DNA of 60,237 bases, the filler included, from Sphacelaria rigidula (lineage: Eukaryota), in NCBI GenBank assembly GCA_964200075.2. It is 8 parts of 8 records of this genome, joined end to end, with 100 filler letters (N's around TTAATTAATTAA, not from the genome) between each part and the next. Parts side by side here need not be neighbours in the genome. Positions count along the whole stretch, not along the records: positions 37,714 to 45,155 come from CAXNAA020014900.1; positions 45,256 to 52,696 come from CAXNAA020014901.1; 6 more parts are not named here. One strand, 5' to 3'. Positions within the stretch are counted from its first letter, which is position 1; the number at the start of each line of letters is the position of its first letter. A program made the translations under genes and the position numbers. The notes under the pieces were generated by a model that worked only from the letters and a program-made list of their open reading frames with translations, was not told the origin of the DNA and did no database searches. This document shows, piece after piece, positions 37,714 through 49,600 of this stretch.

Positions 37714-38499
37714 TTGGAGAGGGAGCATTTTTTTTTTTTTTTGGGGGGGGGGGAAGCACAGACGAAACAAAAACAGACAACAAAAGGAAGAAACCACCAG
37801 GAACAAAAGATGAGCAAAGCAGAGATGGGGACCAAAGACAAAGCTCTGCGTATCTGGCGTAGGCTATGATGAGTTGGTGTTGGTACTGTCGGTCCCAGGT
37901 GCTGTCGGTGCATCTTGGCCTGCAGCTTTCGCGTGCCGTATCGCTGCCTGTGATGTATTGTAATGATTTCAACGTCCTGCTGCGGAACGTAGGAACGTTC
38001 GCAATTCCTGTGCGCCTTTTTTTTTTTCTCAGCACAAATGTACCAAGAACACATCGGCAACACCATTTTAACATCTATCGTTTGGACAACCCGATACTTG
38101 AGTTGACCTACAGTTAATATCATTGGAAGAAGCGTTGGAACAGGCTCACATTCCAACTCGGATCACTTCCTTCTACTGGTAAAGGGACGGGGTGCGGTTT
38201 CCTCTCTGGCGTACAACGGTGTCTCTATAGTAGTCGACGTTTAAACCAAACGAATTCGATTGAATTTTTTTTTCCAGCCTTTTCGATCATTGCGTCTACT
38301 CGCGATTTCTGTTTGATCCCAAACTTCGGGAATCGCGAGACGTGAGTATCCGACCTAAATCTCGAAATATACATATTACCTGCGACCAACGTTGAACGAG
38401 CTACGGGCACACCAGTCGTTTGGGGTCCTATGAGTGTACAGCTCCCGGTTCTCGCTGTTTGATTTCTTCGCGCAACCGAGGCGATCCGGATTTTAATAG

Positions 38500-38810
38500 T
38501 GGGCAATGATATCGTCAACTTTCCTTCATATATTGTCGATTTTCATTGCGCTACAGCCGAAGAACCCTGTTTTTGGATCATGAACGATCAATAGCACCCC
38601 CTGGACAAACGGAGTTTTCACTCCGTGTCGTACCGGCATTACAAATTGGGAAATGTGTCCTGAGGACGACCTGATTATTTTCTTGAGGCCAGCTGACTCT
38701 CGAATATTCGAATGGAGGTGACAAATCATCCGCGAAAATATCCTGACGAAGTGAACTGCGTATTTGAACGTTGACTACTGTATGCTGCGGGAATTCAGAC
38801 TCATCCACAC
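38500..38810 (-). pseudogene. Possible piggyBac transposase relic
   Basis: FVQGVLLIVHDPKTGFFGCSAMK loosely resembles the PG..L.VDE.M..F.G motif; heavily decayed, judged by eye. Confidence 0.3.
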
Positions 38811-39365
38811 CGGAGAAAAATCATGGTCAATATTTACAAAAGACGAAGTATATACAGCGTAAAGGAAAGGCCTATTGCAACTACTGTTGGCCAATAATAG
38901 TTGCAATAGGGCGTGTACCTTACGCGGTACATTTTTTGTCTATTGCAACTATTGACCACATATTGTCCCGAGGTGTGAATTTATCAACATATGTGTTACT
39001 GAATGGATGAGGGTATCGGTCGCGGCGCATCACCTTGTTTGTTCCTCTCGGGCGGGTACGTCGCCCACCCGGGTCCAGAATTATGCACCCACTCACGGTC
39101 AACTGTTGGGCACATCTGATTCGCCCCAAGTGAACCTACAAATCACCCCGGTTAGCGAATGCTCATATTGTCACTGTTGTATTTCCGCCCTCTCGAGTTA
39201 TTTGTTTCATCGAGCGTTTCCGCCTTGCACGTCGGTCTAATGATTGATGACCACGACTGGATACCTCGGGGGTCAGTTGATGTGTGACAACACCAGTCAA
39301 TGACTCAATCAACCAGGGCACAGTATGTCGAATTCTCCCGCTACGGGCATCCCCCCCGATCCCGC

Positions 39366-39434
39366 GCTCCGTCCCGGAAGGGACGCGTGGCCGATGGTCA
39401 AACGACTGAGGCAAGCAACAAATGATTCCCCCCC
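39366..39434 (+). mobile_element. Poly(C)-tailed micro-retroposon, variant copy
   Basis: gctccgtcccggaagggacgcgtggccgatggtcaaacgactgaggcaagcaacaaatga followed by a C-run. Confidence 0.8.
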
Positions 39435-40614
39435 GCCCGTCCCGCAAAAATCTGGCCTGCTCCGTCCCGGCTGTGTAGAGATGCGAGATCAATGACCAAA
39501 ATGACTACGGCATGCAAGATCATGAGCCCCCCCCCCCCCCCCCGTCGTTTGCGCCGCTGCATCCGGTTGACATTTCGTACTAGTTGTATGGAGTAAAATC
39601 TGGAGTCCACGCCGATACACAGAGCACACTTCACGGACTCGTGTCTGCTCCGCCCTCCACGGAATTAGTACATACGCACTGCACCACGCGCTGAAGTTCC
39701 CCTGTTCGCATACACGCCGCCCATCCTGATATTCGCACAGGCGCGCGCTGTATGAGACCTGGTGGGGACGAGAGTACTCGCTGAGCTTGTCATCATGGAA
39801 TGGGTGTCACTTAGATGGTGTATTTTTGGTCGCGGGCGGGGCGGGAGATCAGGCGGTGATTGGTTCCGCCGATGCTTACCGCCCACGCAGGGGCACTGGT
39901 GTACCGGTGAGATCTCGATGATTTTCGTTTCTTAGCCCGAAGCCGATGACGTTTATCGTTTATCCGAAGTGCACCTCTATGAGCGTGAAAGGTACGCCGA
40001 CGGGTACATCGTCCATTTTCGGTTTGGTGCTGCTGGAGCACCGGCGATCGCTTCTTCGTGGGCTTGTGTTCCTGTACCATCATGAATATTTGCTATCGTT
40101 TTTTGTAGCAGCGCTGATGTGCTCTTCAGTTTTCATCGTACCCTGTTACCTGGTTCCAGTTGGATTTGTTGACTTCCATGAATAAATCATTATTCCTTTT
40201 TTCACATCCGATGGTTCTTTGCGAAGCTCTCTATGGTCTGACGGCTAGTCGTAGCAGCGTACTGATGTATGTTTTGAAAACCGAATTTGCCCTCCGCTGT
40301 GTCATCCTTCCCGAGGCAAATGTTACGCGGAATACTGGCGGGGGCAGCATCGTCAACCTAAGGAATATGTACGTGACACTTTTTACGATAGCCCCCTCCA
40401 AAAACCAGCCCAAAAGTGTCGCGAATGAGGCGTTAATCTGCCGTCGGTTTATGTCAATGCCGTACGTACTGCGTGGTTCCACGAAGAATCAGAACCACAC
40501 TTGCTGTACTTCGTCTTGTACGTCTTATTTTTCGTCCGGCAGAGGAAGGCGCACACCTCTATTGACATTAATCACATATCCGAAACCCCTGGAACACCCT
40601 TCCTTTTTGCACAG

Positions 40615-40896
40615 GCGAATGCTCCGCAAATAAAACCAAGAGCCGGTGCGTTGGTCGTCAGCATCAACTCCGTTCCCGTGTCACATCTCAAACTTTCCGA
40701 CGTTTCCAAGAAGCTCGACGAGCTGGAGGCCAAGAAGCGACGGGACGCCGCTTCGCGTGGGGGGGAAAATCGCCGTGGCGCAGGTGGTGGTGGAGGTGGG
40801 GGTAGCCGCGGCGGCGGCGGTGGCCATAGAAAAAAGATCCGGCTCTTGATGAGGGAAGTGGAGACACATGCCTGGCCCCCAAACTGGAGAAATGAG
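40615..40896 (+). CDS. Exon with PDZ-like segment, probably of a VPS13-family gene
   Basis: Polypyrimidine tract and cag acceptor, gtatgc donor; 94 codons including GALVVSINSVPVSHLKLSDVSKKL (PDZ-like G..I..IN..V......V...L) and a Gly-rich insert. Confidence 0.7.
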
Positions 40897-41520
40897 GTAT
40901 GCTTACAAATCGGCAATATACGTGGATCTTTACTTATTTCGGTTGTCGGTGCGTGTGTGCACACGTGTGCGGGTGGTGTCTATTTGCTGAGTTTGCGGAT
41001 AACCCGTAGAGGGAGACGGCAGGTTATCTGTTGAAACTGCATCAATTTTGCATGAGAAAGGTGTGCATGATCCAGATGGACTACCCTCCTCGTGGTGTAA
41101 GGGCTGAGCGTTAGGTTCATCGTGGGCGGTGGTGGCCGTAAGATCCGACTCTTGATGAGGAAAGTGGAGGCACATGCCTGACCCCCCAACTGGAGAAATG
41201 TTGCATGCCTGCTGGTCGGCTATGTGTGTGTTATTTCGGTTTTCCTGTGTGTGCGTTCGTGCTTTCGTGCGTGCGTGTGTATTGGCTGGATTCCGCCCGA
41301 GGGTTGGTTTCGCAGTCTATGGCGAGGTGCTTGGGTCCCCGCACACACGTGTGGTGGTTTATACCCAATAATGATCCTGGTGCATCTCATCGTCTCTCCT
41401 TTCCCTCCCGCATTTCCTCCTATGCGGTTCTGCTCATGCATATTCTCGATTCCAGCACCACCTGCAGCAGCCGTAGCATGGCTTTGGTGCTGTTCACCAT
41501 TGTATCAGGATAAACCGTAG

Positions 41521-41726
41521 CAAGGGCAAGTCAAGCAGGGTATATTCAATTGCGGGGTGTTCCGAAAGTCGTACTGAAAGTACACAAATTGGGGTCGGGT
41601 GTTGGGGATTGCTTTCCAGTTATTTTCTGCGTACGACTTCTAACACCCCCTACCCCATTTTGATTACATGAAGTGCGACTTTGAAAATACCCTGCATTTG
41701 ACTGTACCCTACTTGACCTGCCCTTG
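41521..41726. mobile_element. hAT-type MITE in intron
   Basis: caagggcaagtcaagcagggta ... taccctacttgacctgcccttg; imperfect 8-bp TSD aaccgtag/gaacgtag. Confidence 0.75.
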
Positions 41727-41806
41727 GAACGTAGCCCCCTGATGCTCTTTTGTGATGTTCTCAGTCGTTCTGTACTGCTTTTTTATATATATCTTGCCCG
41801 TTACAG

Positions 41807-41928
41807 ATCCAGTGTCCCGGAGTTCGCGTGACGGTTATCGACGATCGAGAAGGGAGAGACATGCCCCTGCTCAGGGTGGAAGTGGGCGGGCTTGATATGA
41901 CCCATGAGAACGGACCCGGCATCGCAAG
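41807..41928 (+). CDS. VPS13: Exon of VPS13-like lipid transfer protein
   Basis: ttacag|...AG|gt. Encodes IQCPGVRVTVIDDREGRDMPLLRVEVGGL, resembling the VPS13 ..IDD....D.PL motif; in phase with the preceding exon. Not present in the supplied ORF track. Confidence 0.6.
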
Positions 41929-43015
41929 GTTGAAATTATTTGTTACATTGTGGTCACTCCTTCGCGCGTGATGTCGCGTATATCACCGAGTAGTGTTTTA
42001 TATCAGCCATAGTCAGAACTGTGTGGTGGGTTGTACCCCATAATGATGCTCTTGGTCGTATTCCCCGTAGAGCTGTGAAAATTCGGAGCGTTATTGATCG
42101 GAGTTTCAGTATGTGCTCTCTTTCCTGGAAGTGATACACTTCGGGATTTTTTTTCGAGAATCTGCAGCAGTGCGGTATTGTGAAACAGTACAATCGTGCG
42201 TCGCAAGGAGTTTGAGTTTCACTGTGATTTTTACTGAGCGAATGTGCAGGTTGAGATTTGGCGTTTGTTTCGCAAGCGAACCTGTTGCCAACTCAGCAGA
42301 CTGTCGCTTGGCCAAAATACACGTCGGCCAAAGGCCTGCGTTACGTGCCACGATGCACAGCACTGTCGAATCCACGACACACCCATCATCAGAAGCATGG
42401 CACAAAAACGCATCCTGCCTCATATTTTATACTTTTCGGTTCATTTCGTTAGTCTCAATCTTCCATGGAATTCCGGCACTTGTGGGTGTAATTTCCTCGT
42501 CGCCTGCGATCTTCGACTCCGTCATTGATGTAGCAATCTCACTCCCTGGTGAACGTTGTAGTCAAAAGCGGTATACTGAGTCGGAGGATACCTATTCCCT
42601 TCCCCCTGAAACCTTACGCGTCGCCACTGTATCAGCCCTGAGGTGGCAGCTGCCATCCTTCATGTAGGCGCACGTCCCCGGAGGTCACGGTGTGTACGTG
42701 TTTCACTCCCCCTTGTTGAGCGAAACATATCTTATACACGCCCTATACATCCAAAAATGTTATTCACCTCCGCAGTGACGCAGAGGCAGCAGGAAGAAGC
42801 GGTTTGAGAAACACAGGATTGGTCGCAAGTCCGCGGCGAGGATCTAGGTGGTAAGAAGGTTGGGAAAGCAATTATTTTGGGGAGGCCCTCCTCGCCAGCA
42901 AACGATGAGCTTCATGACGTTTACCCCACCAGGATATAAGATATGTAACAGGTTTTTCGTGTGATATAGGGAAGAAACGCAATGAGCGCCGGAATGTTGG
43001 AGGTTGGAGGAACGG

Positions 43016-43182
43016 TGCTCCGTCTCGAAAGAGATGCGTGGTCAATGGTCGAACGACTGAGGCAAGCAACAGATGTGTACGCCCCCCCTTCCCCTTCCCC
43101 CAGAGAGTGCTCCGTCTCGAAAGGGATGCGTGGTCAATGGTCAAACGACTAAGGCATGCAACAAATGAGTACGCCCCCCCCC
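43016..43182 (+). mobile_element. Two tandem full-length poly(C)-tailed micro-retroposons
   Basis: Copies at 43016-43088 and 43108-43182, each tgctccgtctcgaaag...tacg followed by a C-run. Confidence 0.9.
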
Positions 43183-45155
43183 GTGGGACCCCCGATGGGG
43201 TTGGCGTCGGTTGGCAACGACGCTATAAAACACGCCACTCACTGCGTTAGTTAGGCAACCAGGTTACCGGTTTTCTTTTGCATGCTTGCGTTTTTCTGTG
43301 GTAAGCATAATGGCAGTCGAGTTACATCATGCTGTGCGGCGTGGGAGAACCTCAACTCCGCACAATGGGGATGGTCGTACTATGTGTAGTGTTTAACCCT
43401 TTTGGAACCCATTGACGATTTTGGTTTCGTGAATCGGCATCATTTTGACTCGAAAATGACTGAAAATGATGTCGATTTACAAAAACAGAAATCCAAAGTT
43501 GTGTCCTGTAAGGTACGGGTACGTTATGTAGAGTATGAGATTTCATACAGAACTTACAGAACTGTCGGGTACCGGTATGAAAGTCTTCCAGAAATTTCAG
43601 AACTCGTCGGGTACGGTATGGGAGGCTTACAGAAACCGGTAGCGGCAATCGGGAAACTCTTTCAGGGCATACCCGCCCCTCAAGTTAGGGTAATTTTTTT
43701 GTACAGAACTCACAGAACTGTCGGGTAAGGGTATGGGAGGCTTACAGAAGTCACAGAAATTGTCGGGTAGGGTATGGAGGTTGCAGAAAACCGTACCTGC
43801 AACCGGATATCTTATCAAAAGCATACCCGTGCCCCCCGGGAACGGTACGGAAGGCTTACAGAGATTACAGAACTATCGGGTACCGGTATGAAGGTCTTAC
43901 AGAGATTACAGAACTGTTGGGTACAGTAAATACCCGGCAAAATTCCCCGGGTATACAGACAACCGTACCCCACAAAACATGGCCTTGGTATTATCATCAC
44001 CCCTGTTTTGGGACCCACGTCACTACAGCAGTGGCGAATTACAGATGACAGTGCACGAAAACTCTGAACGGCTCCACGGGGTTGATAGAGAAAGACTACA
44101 CGAACAATCGCATAAGTACATGTACACGAGATCGTCAGCATCTATCGGCTGCCCGTTCTCTGGAAGCCCTTCGGCACGCGACAAAATCGCCGACGGCCTT
44201 GACGACTTTCGGTCGCAGCTCGTAGTCTGTGCTGTACATGTCGATAACGGCCGGGGTTTGATGACCACGACACAACTCATCATCAACATCGATGACGTGG
44301 GTCTTGCTACTTGATCCCCTGGTGGAGCAGATGAACCGCCCCCGCTCGAGCCACCACTCGAGTCTGGGGGTGATCCATCCCGACGATCTGCAGTGCTGCT
44401 CATGTTTCGTGTCCCCACTCAGCGGTACCTCGTTTACCGTTAGATCCCAGACTCAAGAACTTTTCAACATTGAATTATTGTTGGTGTGCAGTTTTGAATG
44501 AAGGAGTTGAGTGGGTTGATCGATGGGAGGTACATGTTCAGGTCATGAGGTTGTGTTTGGATTTAACCTATATCAGTACCTCCCCAAGGTATACACCTGT
44601 GCTCATACCTGCAATCGGGTATATCTTTAACGGTATACCCTAACCCCGGGTAGGGGTATGGGAGGCTTACAGAGCTTACAGAACTGTCGGGTACCGATAC
44701 TGGATGAAAGTCTTACAGAAATTCCAGAACTTGTCGGGTATGGTATGGGAGGCTTACAAAAAACTGGTCCCGGCAATCGGGTATTTCTTTCAAGAGCATA
44801 CCCGCGCTCGGGGCACGGGTAAACACTCTGTACAGAACTAACAGAACTGTCGGGTAGGGTATGGAGGTTGCACGGAAAACTGTACCCGCAATCAGGTATC
44901 TTATCAAGAGCGTACCCGTGCCCCACGGTGACGGTGCGGGAGTCTTACAGAGATTACAGAATTATCGGGTAAGGGTATGAAAGTCTTACAGAAATTACAG
45001 CATTGTCGAGTACGGTAAATATCCGGCAAAATACCCCGGGTATACAGAAAACCGTACCCTACAGAATATAACCTTGCAGAAATCGTCAATGGGTTCCAAA
45101 AGGGATAAATGGTGAGACACCCATGAGGCAGTGTATAAGCCGTGGCTGTCTCTGG
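43183..45155 (+). mobile_element. Third copy of the ~480-nt SINE-like element, split by a piggyBac-type insertion
   Basis: Homology to 14450-14690 over 43183-43396, resuming at 45105-45155. Confidence 0.8.
43397..45104. mobile_element. Non-autonomous piggyBac-like element carrying internal minisatellite blocks
   Basis: TTAA|cccttttggaacccattgacgattt ... aaatcgtcaatgggttccaaaaggg|ATAA (25-bp perfect TIR). Blocks 43500-43985 and 44630-45075 are direct repeats built of cttacagaactgtcgggtaccggtatg-like units. Confidence 0.9.
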
Positions 45156-45255
45156 NNNNNNNNNNNNNNNNNNNNNNNNNNNNNNNNNNNNNNNNNNNNT
45201 TAATTAATTAANNNNNNNNNNNNNNNNNNNNNNNNNNNNNNNNNNNNNNNNNNNN
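45156..45255. other. Artificial contig linker
   Basis: 44 N + TTAATTAATTAA + 44 N. Confidence 0.98.
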
Positions 45256-45430
45256 ATATGCTTTCATCCTTATCCCCTCTCTCAACCACCTGTATATCTC
45301 CAGATGTTCTTCCTCGTCTACTTTGCGTCTAAGCGCTCATTGTCCCTGATTTCTATAATGTCTCTTACTTTCGCCTGTACCCCGCGTCTTCACCTCTGGA
45401 CAGTATTTTGTCTTGGTTTGCTCCTATTCC
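45256..45430 (-). mobile_element. 3' fragment of the LINE family seen at 1-3760
   Basis: tgttcttcctcgtctactttgcgtctaagcgctc matches 264-297. Confidence 0.75.
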
Positions 45431-46327
45431 ACCTTATAGCACACCCTTTCGTACGGGGGGAGGGGTGCACTAGAGTCAGCAGTTAGTAGAAAAAATAATA
45501 CAAGGGGAGGTGATGGTGATACGTCCGCCATATTTATTTCGGTACAAGCTGGTTATGCATTCTTCCATTTCCTCCCTTCTCTCCTCAAACCTCCCGTTTG
45601 ATCGCATGTAGTTGGCTGGCCTTTTCCTCGATCGTGTGGCAAGAGATCATGAAACCCTCCGCTCCCTGCAGCACCCCCGCATGCCATGGTATCGCGAATA
45701 CAAAACGCAGTAATTTTTAGTGTTTTCCCCCGTAAGCTTGTTTCCCCCCCAAACTCATGGTTGAAACGTGCATGTGTGTGTTGTGTTGTCATCCCATCTT
45801 TTTAAGACACCTGATAGATTTATCATGACTAGCAGTCAGCTAGTCAGCTGCTCGAGAAAATGGTACCGTACATCGATGTGCTTCCTGTTGGATGAGCTCA
45901 AGGGTTTTTCAGCTAAGTCTGTCGCCCCCGTGTTGTCCTCAAAAGTGAGACTGCTTATCGACCGCAAACTGGGCATCAGGAACTTCAGAGTCCTCCGAAC
46001 ATGTAAGGCCTCCTTGACATCGTATGCCATTTCTACATACTCTGCCTCAGTGGTGAATAGGGTGACACACTCCGCGTACTAGAGAACCAATATCCTAGCG
46101 TACCCCCGCAGCAGATAGCTGCACCAGAAACGGAACGCCGGTGCTTCGCCTTATGGGCGCAGTCTGCGTCAATGTACGTATCCAAGTCAAACTCCAAATG
46201 AATACATCCCAAGTCGTTACTCTTCTGACAAGTAAACCAAAGTCCGACGTAGCATTTGAATACTCGAGTATCTTCTGGTGCCGCGTTGTAATGAGTCAGC
46301 GATTGCCCGAACTGCACTTGCGATACC

Positions 46328-46663
46328 GAGTCATGCTACGATAGGGGGGGTGTTTGATTCCACGAAAAAATGGGCTTATACACGCTTCAGTCGACCTGAC
46401 ACATTCGCGGTGCGCTTGTATTTGGGTATAAGCGGTGTCAAGTAGTATGTATGAGCGTTATTCTCCAGAAGCAAGCGCATTCGAACAACCGTTGCTGCTA
46501 TCAACGACGATTTCAAGTAGAATTTCGTGGAAGAAAACGGTCCAAAACATCCCCCCCCTCTGTCGTATGCTCCGTCTCGAAAGGGATGCGTGGTCAATGG
46601 TCAAACGACTAAGGCAAGCAACAAATGAGTACGCCCCCCCCCCCCTCTATCGTAGCATGACTC
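46328..46663. mobile_element. MITE with GAG...CTC termini (Sola-like) inserted in copia RT
   Basis: TIR gagtcatgctacgataggggggg / cccctctatcgtagcatgactc; imperfect 4-bp TSD tacc/cacc; removing it restores copia KPGIASAVRA. Related copy at 56610-56859. Confidence 0.8.
46568..46645 (+). mobile_element. Poly(C)-tailed micro-retroposon nested in the MITE TIR
   Basis: Full 66-nt consensus plus C-run; duplication of ccctct(g/a)tcgta on both sides. Confidence 0.9.
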
Positions 46664-49600
46664 CACCGGGCTTTGTCTGGTTCGCCATCTACATCAAGCT
46701 CCCCACGATCTCATGGAAAGACACATCCACTACAGTCTCCTCGCTTGCAAACCTGAGGTCTAAGGAAAGGGTAGCGGGAATGGGGCTAGTCTTCGAGACG
46801 TTGAAATCATTTAGCACACTCCTACTGAGTTGGGTTTGTGAAATGTGTGAAGTACCTTTCTCCCGGTCCCTTTTGTACTCACTTCCCGAGACATACCACT
46901 CCTCCTCCCCGAGATGTTTTGTGGTGAAAATCTCTGATTCAGTGCATCGACTATCACTTTGGTCACCTCCTCAGTAGCTGCTATCATGATATCGTCCACG
47001 TGAAAGGCCATCATTGCCACAACGCCACCAGCAACCCTCAGTCAAAACACACAGGGATCTACCAAGCACTGCTCGAAACCACACTTCACCAGCGTTGTCG
47101 ACAGCAGTTGATACCATACCCGACCACTCTGCTTCAATCCGTACAAGGCGTTTTTGCGTCGTACCACCTTACGAGATACTGATTCACAACTGAGGGGCAG
47201 GCGCAAGTAGATGTTGGTGTCCAACTCCGACTGAATGAAAGCCTGGCCTACATCCAAGTGCCTCAAATCCCAGTCTAGCTCACATGCCATAGCCGCCATC
47301 AACCTATTTAAAGTAGCAGATGCCGTAGCGGCGAATGCCTCAAAGTAGTCTACTCCCTCCACCTGACTGGACCCCATAGCTTCCATACGGGCTTTCACCC
47401 GGTCAACCATATCATGTGAATCACCAATCCACTTGTATACCCACTTAGCGCCCACGACGTTGCACCCCTCTGGAATGTCAGTTACCTTCACAAACGTTCC
47501 GGCAGCCATAAGCCCATCGAACTCTACCTTCATCGCCTTCATCTACAGATCCGAGTATTGTGATGGACACGCCGCAGGGTACGACAACGGCTACGGCCCC
47601 GCTTTCCTGACGAGACATTTACGGAGCTCGCCCGGTTTACGTGTAAACTCTTGTACCGCCAGCAGACCATAGCTTATTTTGCCCCCCTTTATTGGGCCCT
47701 AACGTAGTCACGAGCGCAGACGATTCTCGATTGAGCGATCGCGTCTGCGCTCTGGTTCGCCCAAGCTCCTCGCCATTTCCAGATCCAACCAGATGTGACT
47801 CAAGTTGGCACTCCGCAGTCCGTGCTGCCGTTGGAAGTGTAAAACTTTCGTCCGATGAAGACGAGTCATTCCCCTCGACTGAGAGGTTACTGTCGGCAGA
47901 CGACCCACTACTCACCGATGACAAATAAACACCTGAAAAAGCAGTTGTGTTGTCGGGGGCCGGCTTATTTTCATCGCCAAGAGAACCCCGCTCAACTTCA
48001 TCACCACTCTCTGTACTCTTCGTTGGAGATGTCACTCGACGCTGATGGGGGGTCTCTCTCCCCAGTAGCGGTGATGGAGTCGGTGGAGCAGAATCGAAAT
48101 CATCTAGCCCTCCCGGCTCTGGATTGCCTGCCAGCTCCGACGTCTCCCCCGGCAGTGACGTCCCTCCCAGCTCCGATGCCCCTGCCAGCTTCGGCTAAGC
48201 TGGCTGCTGCAGTTGTACCGGTGGCTCCACCATGACCGGCGCGCCTCCCAGGTGACGTCTCTTGTCTCCACTACCTTATTTTCCCGCGTCAGCATCCTCG
48301 ACGAATCGCGGGGGTGGTCGATGCCGGGCCCAAGGTAGATGCTACTCTTGCACTTGGGGAACGACGATCCGTTTCAGCGGCAATAACCCGGACGAAGAAA
48401 CGGATGTGATGATGTAGGTGCTGCCGTACCGTGCCACATCTCCTACGGCGACTTGTTACCTAGGTTGGACGTCGTCGCGGTGTGATTCAGGGTGTCACAC
48501 GCCCAGTACATCGCCTCAGCCCAGAGAGTCTCCGATAGTGGCAGCTCGACATTTGGAAAGAGAACAGGGGCTTGGATCTGAGCGGCAAGTGCGGCGTTTT
48601 GAATCATACCTGAAGCTCTCCCGGCAACGCCGTTCAAGTTCGGACACTTCGCGCTGGCGAATTCCTCCTAGTGCCTGAACACGCCTTCAAAACCACCACC
48701 GAAAAAATCTCCTCCATCGTCAGACGTAACTAACAACTATTATTACTTCCGAAGGTACACCATCCGCACGTACATCAGCCGACAAGTTCCCGCAGGCATC
48801 AGCGATACCAGACTTACGTTCGAAAAAGTATACCCATGCGTACCGGGTGAAAACCGTCCCCCACTATCATGACATATTTCTTCCGTAGCAACGAAGGAGT
48901 TCCCTTAGGACCACTGAGGTCAACAAGAACTCTTTCTAGCTCTTGTGAAGCACGAGATTTCGTGCTGTCTGTGATCGGCTTTCCGGGAACCCTTTGCCAT
49001 AGAGCATCCTGTACACTATCTCAAGTTACCCAGTAACTCTATACTAAGCGATTTTGTTGTCTCTCTCAGCAGAAATTCATTGGCATGCCCCTGCAGGCAG
49101 TGGAAACGTTGATGCCTTCGGCAGTTTCACCCGAGTCAGCACTGCCGGGGGTTATCACAGCAAACGCCAAGGGAACAGGTTGGTCAGGTTGTACTGTACT
49201 TGGAAAGCCTCGGGAACCAACAAGGGACAGAGGATGTAGTCATCATGAGGATCAACCCTTCTACCATACGTCGAGTATCCAGATCCATCACTCCAAAACC
49301 TAAGGTGTCCATCCAGTAGGATCACACTCACATCCGAGTCGTCAGTCGAGAAGCCTACTCCTCGTGTCTGCGCAGTCACGGCTGAGGATAGGTTTAAAGC
49401 TAAATCGGGTACGTGAGCGACCTTCCCAAGCCTCACTCTTACTCCTCCAGCCTTATTGGGGAAAACTACAGTCAACGACCCATAGCTCTCAACGTTGATG
49501 AGGGTGTCACTACCGATCTTCACTTTGTCCTCTGATGGTTACACGTCACGGAGAAATTCAGCCTATCTGGTGATATGAAATGTTGCTCCACTATCAGCTA

